A stretch of DNA of 64,000 bases. Origin: Candidatus Woesearchaeota archaeon. Its GTDB lineage: Archaea; Nanobdellota; Nanobdellia; Pacearchaeales; GW2011-AR1. Below are positions 58,793 through 64,000 of this stretch, one piece after another. Both the position numbers and the translations under genes were made by a program. Position 1 is the first letter of the stretch. Each line of letters opens with the position of its first letter. Below the pieces are notes generated by a model, which was not told the origin of the DNA, searched no databases, and saw nothing but the letters and a program-made list of their open reading frames with translations. The DNA lies in NCBI GenBank assembly GCA_964437455.1, contig CAYTGG010000001.1:20930-84929 (forward strand), written 5' to 3'.

Positions 58793-59887
58793 TTATTTTC
58801 TAAACCTTTTATCAATATAATCAACTAATTCACTTCCTTTTATTTGAATGCTAGAGGGACCTGTTCTTATGTAAAACTCTTCTTCATCTTTTGTAGGTTT
58901 TAAAAAAACTGGCCTATCACTTTTTTTACATTCAATTCTTAAAATAGTTTTCTTTTCTAAAGATATCAAATCAAAATTTATTAGATGTAAATATCTTTTT
59001 CCTATCTTTTCTTTTATTATATTTGTTAGATGCAGACTTAATTTATCATTGTTATCAAATCTATCTTTTTCAGTTCCAATAATTTCTCCATTATTTGAAA
59101 CTCCTATAAACAAGATACCTCCTTTAGAATTTAAAAACGCATCTATTGTTTTTAGTGAGGCATATTCTATTTTTCGATCTATTTCTTGAGTATAAAGATT
59201 TACTCTTAAAGTGGATTTAAACTCTACATTTTCATTTTCTCCTTTTTTGATAATATTTTTTATATCAGAATAATCTTTTTCTGAGAATAATTTAGGATTT
59301 ATCTTTGCAAATCTTCTTATGACTTTATTCAGTAATCCTTTTTTTTCTTTTAAATAAATATAACCAAATATAGAGGATATTAATGCTCCAAATATTACAT
59401 AAACCATATTTTTCATAGAATGATGATAAATTCCCACAGTAATTTCTTGCATTAATATTATTTTTAGAAGATACTTCAAAAACTCAAGTCCAAATCCAAA
59501 TGTAACTGCAAAATTAAATGAGAAAAAGATTATTAAAAAATAATTTTTCTTTATTTGTCCACTTGAATATAAAATTAGCAATATCATAAATCCAATTAAA
59601 CTTATTGATATTCCGAAAAAAATGGATATTATAGTTCCTCTTATACTTCCTATAAAAAAAGTAGAAATAGCAAAAAAGAATAAAATCCACTCAAATTCTA
59701 CAGGAATATTTACTTCATATCTTCTTTTTATAATCTGAGGAAGAAATAGTAGTATAAGAAGAAAAATACTGGCTGACATCATATGCCACAGTTCTAAATA
59801 AATAGCGTTGAATATTGAGATAATTAAAATAAACTTTATTGCAAATAGCATATGCTCACGAATCCAGAAAAATTTCTTTAAATTCAT
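58793..59887 (-). CDS. Multi-TM protein fused to C-terminal Schlafen/AlbA_2 domain
   Basis: About six TMs, then GENENVEFKST...AFLNSKGG.LFIGV...FYIR.G.S. Confidence 0.85.
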   Translation of the reverse strand: MNLKKFFWIREHMLFAIKFILIISIFNAIYLELWHMMSASIFLLILLFLPQIIKRRYEVNIPVEFEWILFFFAISTFFIGSIRGTIISIFFGISISLIGFMILLILYSSGQIKKNYFLIIFFSFNFAVTFGFGLEFLKYLLKIILMQEITVGIYHHSMKNMVYVIFGALISSIFGYIYLKEKKGLLNKVIRRFAKINPKLFSEKDYSDIKNIIKKGENENVEFKSTLRVNLYTQEIDRKIEYASLKTIDAFLNSKGGILFIGVSNNGEIIGTEKDRFDNNDKLSLHLTNIIKEKIGKRYLHLINFDLISLEKKTILRIECKKSDRPVFLKPTKDEEEFYIRTGPSSIQIKGSELVDYIDKRFRK

Positions 59888-59939
59888 AATTTATAAAAGT
59901 ATTTAATGTTTATAGAATTTTTGAAAGATATTTTATAAA

Positions 59940-61652
59940 TTAACCATATCTCCAATTTCTCTTTTGATTAGAGAAATCTTTCTCGATTTCTTTTATATCT
60001 GCAATTTCTAAAAGAGGTTTATCTGGGCGTATAGAAGTGATTCTTGGAAATCTAAGAGCCCATTTTGAATTATAATTAGGAGAATGTTGAATTTCTTGAT
60101 AAGTCACAGCTACGATTATCTTGGGTTTAATCTCTATTTTATTTCCTTTTTCTTTTATTATCAATGGCTTAATTTTTTCTGTTAGTTCTTCAAAAGACAA
60201 TCCTTGTTCTCTTTTTTCTTTTATACCTGTTCCTACTTTTCCAACTTCTAATAATTCTCCTTTTTTTTCTCCTCTACAAGACAATATAAAACTTGAGAAC
60301 CATCCTTTTCTTTTTCCTTTTCCATATTCTGCACCTGTTATGACTAAATCCAAATCTCTTCCTTCTGGTTTCATTTTTAACATATGTCCAACTCTGCTTC
60401 CAGGATTATATTCTGACTTAAGATTTTTCATCATGACTCCCTCTTGATTATCTCTCAATGCTTTCTTGTAGAATTCTTTTGCTTTTTTTTCATCACTTGT
60501 TATAATCTGTCTTGCAGAGATTATCTTGTAAGGAAAATTCTTTACAATCTTCTTTATCAACTTAGTTCTTTTTTCAAATGGTTCATCAAGAAGAGATTTT
60601 TCATTATAATAGAGAATATCAAAAACATTTACTTCTACAGGAAGTTCCTTTTGGATTCTTTCTATGTTATACTTCCTTCTTATTCTCTGACTTATATACT
60701 GAAAAGGTTTGTACTCTTTTGTTTTTTTATCATATCCTACAGTTTCCGAATCCAGAATGAAAGATTTTCCTTTTACATATTTCTTAATATATTCTACAAC
60801 CTCTGGAAATTGTTTAGTTACATTCTCCAGTCTTCGAGTAAATAGAATTATTTCTTTTCCTTTTTTATGTATTAATAGTCTGAATCCATCATATTTATAC
60901 TCTATAGCACAAGGTTTTCCTAATGCCTTAAATCCTTCTTCGATAGTTGAAATTTTCTGAGCGAGCATAACTTTTATTGGTTTTCCTACTTGCATTAAAA
61001 TTTTTTCTAGTTCTTTTAATTTTTTATTTTTTATTCTCTTAAAGACTTCAGCTAAATCATTTGAATTGTTAATTGCTTTCTGAATCTTTTTTGAAGCTTC
61101 TGATTGTTTATCTGAGAAGAATGCTTTGGCCATAGCTTCTCTTATTGTACTTTCTTGAACACCTATTCTTAAATCTCCTATCAAAGTTCTTATTAAATAC
61201 TTAGCTTCCAGAGGTGAAGCGGAAGTTAAAAGTTCAGATATTAATGAAATCTTTTTATTTATAGTTCCTTTTCCTTCTAATTCTGGAAGTTTTCTTAAAT
61301 TGTCTAGAACCTTTTTTGTTTCTAAAACTGAAGTTTTTAATGTTGATTGACTTTTTTTTCTTGTTGATTCCTCTGAGACTTCTCCTAGGTCTCCTAAAAC
61401 TTTCCATTCTAAGATTATTTTATTCTCATTATTTCCAGTTGCTTTCGCTATTGCTTTTATTGTTAATTGATTAGAAATACCAATTCTTCTTTCATCATAT
61501 TCAGGATAGATTCTTCCTAATAAAAGATAAAGAACTTCTTTATCTTCTTCTTTTACTTCTTTTAAAAATTTAGAAAGTATCTCTATCTTTTCAAGTCTTT
61601 TTGTAGTAGAAGATAATTTTTCATAAATTTGTGCGAGTTTTAAATAATTCAT
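59940..61652 (-). CDS. lig: ATP-dependent DNA ligase
   Basis: EYKYDG.R, EGVMMK, DLVI.GA..G.GKR, LRFPR...R.DK. Confidence 0.96.
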   Translation of the reverse strand: MNYLKLAQIYEKLSSTTKRLEKIEILSKFLKEVKEEDKEVLYLLLGRIYPEYDERRIGISNQLTIKAIAKATGNNENKIILEWKVLGDLGEVSEESTRKKSQSTLKTSVLETKKVLDNLRKLPELEGKGTINKKISLISELLTSASPLEAKYLIRTLIGDLRIGVQESTIREAMAKAFFSDKQSEASKKIQKAINNSNDLAEVFKRIKNKKLKELEKILMQVGKPIKVMLAQKISTIEEGFKALGKPCAIEYKYDGFRLLIHKKGKEIILFTRRLENVTKQFPEVVEYIKKYVKGKSFILDSETVGYDKKTKEYKPFQYISQRIRRKYNIERIQKELPVEVNVFDILYYNEKSLLDEPFEKRTKLIKKIVKNFPYKIISARQIITSDEKKAKEFYKKALRDNQEGVMMKNLKSEYNPGSRVGHMLKMKPEGRDLDLVITGAEYGKGKRKGWFSSFILSCRGEKKGELLEVGKVGTGIKEKREQGLSFEELTEKIKPLIIKEKGNKIEIKPKIIVAVTYQEIQHSPNYNSKWALRFPRITSIRPDKPLLEIADIKEIEKDFSNQKRNWRYG

Positions 61653-61758
61653 GTTTACCTCAGAGAATATTAATAAAAGATTATTTTTAAGGATGTTGTT
61701 TTAAGTAAATATTCTAAATTAAACTTTTAAAGATTTAGTGGAGTTATTTATTTCTTAT

Positions 61759-62040
61759 TTATTCAGTTAATTCTTCTACTTCTTTTTTTCCTTTTTCCAA
61801 TTCTTCAATCTGTTCTTTATCTTTTTCAAGTAATAAACTCTGAAATTCTCCTACATGTGTTTTCTCTTCCTTTGCTATGTCTAATAAAATATCTTTAATT
61901 TTTTTGTCTTTAGCTTTTGCTGAAAGTTGTTCATAAAGATTAATAGCATCAAGCTCTGCAATTAAACCCAATCTTAAAATCTCTCTGTCTATATACTCTT
62001 CTTCAATTTTATCTAAATCAATTGGCTCTTTTGATAACAT
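61759..62040 (-). CDS. Ferritin-like / rubrerythrin half-domain protein
   Basis: AELDAINLYEQ...IAKEEKTHVGEF. Confidence 0.88.
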   Translation of the reverse strand: MLSKEPIDLDKIEEEYIDREILRLGLIAELDAINLYEQLSAKAKDKKIKDILLDIAKEEKTHVGEFQSLLLEKDKEQIEELEKGKKEVEELTE

Positions 62041-62067
62041 ATTTATTAATATAACAATGAGTTTAAA

Positions 62068-62640
62068 TTATTTACCCTTTCTTCCTCCAGCTCTTACAGA
62101 AGGACGTGATCTGTTTGTAGGTGATTTATTTCTTAATCCTCTTGATTTCTTTCCAGCACTGGTGAGTCCTCTTAAAGCTCTTTTTGAATTAGATTTCCTT
62201 GTAATCCAATTTATTTTTTTATCATTTTTTATCTCAGATTCATTTGGATTAACACAAATTACTTCATAAAAACAGTTTACCCCATCTTTTCCTATAAGAT
62301 AGGAATTTAAAACAATTAACTCTGGATATTTTCTCTCAACTCTCTGTTCTGCAATCCATCTATAAGACATCTTCAAATTTTTTCTAATATGTAACCTTTT
62401 ACTTCTTCTTCCTTTATTAGGACGTGGACGCTTGTGTCCTCCTCTTTTTAATCTAATTCTAAAAATTACAAATCCTTTTTTGTCTTTATATCCTAAAGCT
62501 CTTGCTCTATCAATTCTTAAAGGTTTTTCTACCTCTGTAAAGACTTGAGATTTTCTCCATTCAATCATTCTTTCTCTAAGAATCTTCTTGTCAGGTTTTT
62601 TCCATGCTTTACTAATATAATGATAAAGTCCTTTTGTCAT
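62068..62640 (-). CDS. rpl15e: 50S ribosomal protein eL15
   Basis: RIDRARALGYK.K.G, LNSY..G.DG, RGLTSAGKKSRGL. Confidence 0.97.
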   Translation of the reverse strand: MTKGLYHYISKAWKKPDKKILRERMIEWRKSQVFTEVEKPLRIDRARALGYKDKKGFVIFRIRLKRGGHKRPRPNKGRRSKRLHIRKNLKMSYRWIAEQRVERKYPELIVLNSYLIGKDGVNCFYEVICVNPNESEIKNDKKINWITRKSNSKRALRGLTSAGKKSRGLRNKSPTNRSRPSVRAGGRKGK

Positions 62641-62749
62641 GGATTATGAAGAAAAATTTTATTTAAAAAGGTTGAGGTTCATTAACAAAATTTATAAATA
62701 TTCTAATTTGTGTTTAATAATAAGTCTTTTTCGTGTAACTATCGATTGC

Positions 62750-62824
62750 GAGCCTGTAGCTCAGTCTGGTTAGAGCACTACTCTGATAAGGTAGGGGTCC
62801 TCGGTTCAAATCCGAGCAGGCTCA
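62750..62824 (+). tRNA. tRNA-Ile(GAT)
   Basis: GAGCCTG...CTACT-CTGATAA-GGTAG...GGTTCAAATCC...CAGGCTC-A. Confidence 0.95.
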
Positions 62825-62858
62825 TTTTAGAATATAAAAAATTATAGATATCTTCTTT

Positions 62859-63518
62859 TTACTTATCTTCTAATTCAAGAATAAGTTTTCCTTTTTCTAA
62901 ATTATAATCTTTTATGGGCATATTAATTGGTATCAATTTAAAATATGCTTTATCTTTTGAAACAGCTTTTATTTCGATGCTATTTTCAAGTTTGTTTATT
63001 GAAATATCTTTTACTGAATTAACTCCTGGAATTTTTATTTCGTAGATTAAGCCATCAGAAAGTCTTCTTATATTAGTAGAAGGTTCTTCTCTAGGAAGTT
63101 TTGAGAAATTTTTTAAATCTTTTCTAAGGAAATCAGAATTTTTATCTTTTTTTCTTATTTCTTCTTTTTTCTTATTCTCTGGAGAATTATCTATTGAGTT
63201 AAATTTAATTCCATTAGGTTGATTACTTGAAGTGGATATGCTTATGCTTATTCCTCCTCTTCTAGGACTCATTTTTCTTTCTTCTCCCATTTCTTTGTCT
63301 AATTGTCTAAATTGTTTATCGATATTTTTCATTAGTCCATTTATTAACATATTAAATCCTCTTGGAAGTTTTAATTCATTTATTGAGTCAAAAGAATCAT
63401 TTCTTCCTAACATTCCCCAGTCTTTTTCTTCTGTTAATCTATTTCCACAGTAAGGACAGAAATCATATTCTCTACTAACTTTTTCTCCACATTTTTTGCA
63501 TACTCTTTTCTTGAACAT
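62859..63518 (-). CDS. Zinc-ribbon + Hsp20/alpha-crystallin-like domain protein
   Basis: CKKCG...CPYCG N-terminus; EP......IPGV...I.I....G.L.L C-terminus. Confidence 0.75.
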   Translation of the reverse strand: MFKKRVCKKCGEKVSREYDFCPYCGNRLTEEKDWGMLGRNDSFDSINELKLPRGFNMLINGLMKNIDKQFRQLDKEMGEERKMSPRRGGISISISTSSNQPNGIKFNSIDNSPENKKKEEIRKKDKNSDFLRKDLKNFSKLPREEPSTNIRRLSDGLIYEIKIPGVNSVKDISINKLENSIEIKAVSKDKAYFKLIPINMPIKDYNLEKGKLILELEDK

Positions 63519-63587
63519 ATTTTAAAAAGATAGAGAATCTTTAAATATCTTAGGGTTATCTTTTATAAGATATATATTTACAAAATA

Positions 63588-63658
63588 TGCGCCAGCCGGG
63601 ATTTGAACCCGGGTCACAAGATTGGGAATCTTGTATACTGCCACTATACTACTAGCGC
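63588..63658 (-). tRNA. tRNA-Gly(CCC)
   Basis: GCGCTAG...CAAGA-TTCCCAA-TCTTG...GGTTCAAATCC...CTGGCGC-A. Confidence 0.95.
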
Positions 63659-63764
63659 TTTAAATTTTTATATGAAAATTAATTGATAAATTTTTATATA
63701 ATCCAATTATAATTTTTTAATAATTTTTATTAAAAATGAAATATTCTAAGAATCAGTTTTTTGA

Positions 63765-64000
<236 letters not shown>

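Noticed and set aside
61759..62040. Encapsulin system
   Set aside because: Ferritin-like protein resembles encapsulin cargo, but there is no shell gene nearby and no targeting tail.
728..63453. Numerous short antisense or nested ORFs in the track (e.g. 728, 1244, 2733, 9162, 12071, 21572, 22102, 25044, 25094, 28465, 29021, 30344, 32581, 34184, 48335, 49751, 50437, 50902, 52740, 56529, 57834, 60121-60960, 62057, 63232)
   Set aside because: Each overlaps a better-supported gene and shows antisense-type composition without motifs.

Overview
Very AT-rich, gene-dense chromosome segment from a DPANN archaeon, most likely Pacearchaeota/Nanobdellota (inferred from gene content). Standard stop codon usage. 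It carries archaeal information-processing genes (tfb, tbp, tfe, mcm, RPA, ATP-dependent ligase, alba, lsm, endA, rnz, aIF1A, aIF2-beta, eS1/eS8/eS17/eL15/eL42, ftsZ), seven aminoacyl-tRNA synthetases plus gatD/gatE, and ten tRNA genes, none encoding CCA. No CRISPR array, integrase, transposase or rRNA was seen. Most notable: (1) a tRNA-flanked operon encoding a small RHH-like regulator, a 621-aa pilin-like (class III signal peptide) protein and a 2051-aa Cys-rich secreted protein ending in a lytic-transglycosylase-like domain; together with a LysM-like lipoprotein and a beta-barrel-like exported protein elsewhere in the window, this suggests an apparatus for engaging peptidoglycan-bearing (bacterial) cells; (2) unusual tRNA biology: a 126-nt tRNA-Cys intron with an internal duplication, a 37-nt motif shared downstream of tRNA-Cys and tRNA-Asn (the latter bracketed by a duplicated tRNA 3' end), a tRNA-Thr with a compensatory A19-U56 pair and C33, and promoter spacing that implies near-leaderless pre-tRNAs; (3) structured or repeated non-coding blocks at 36.1-36.6 kb, 39.2-39.4 kb and around ftsZ. 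All domain calls come from manual motif recognition; no searches were run.
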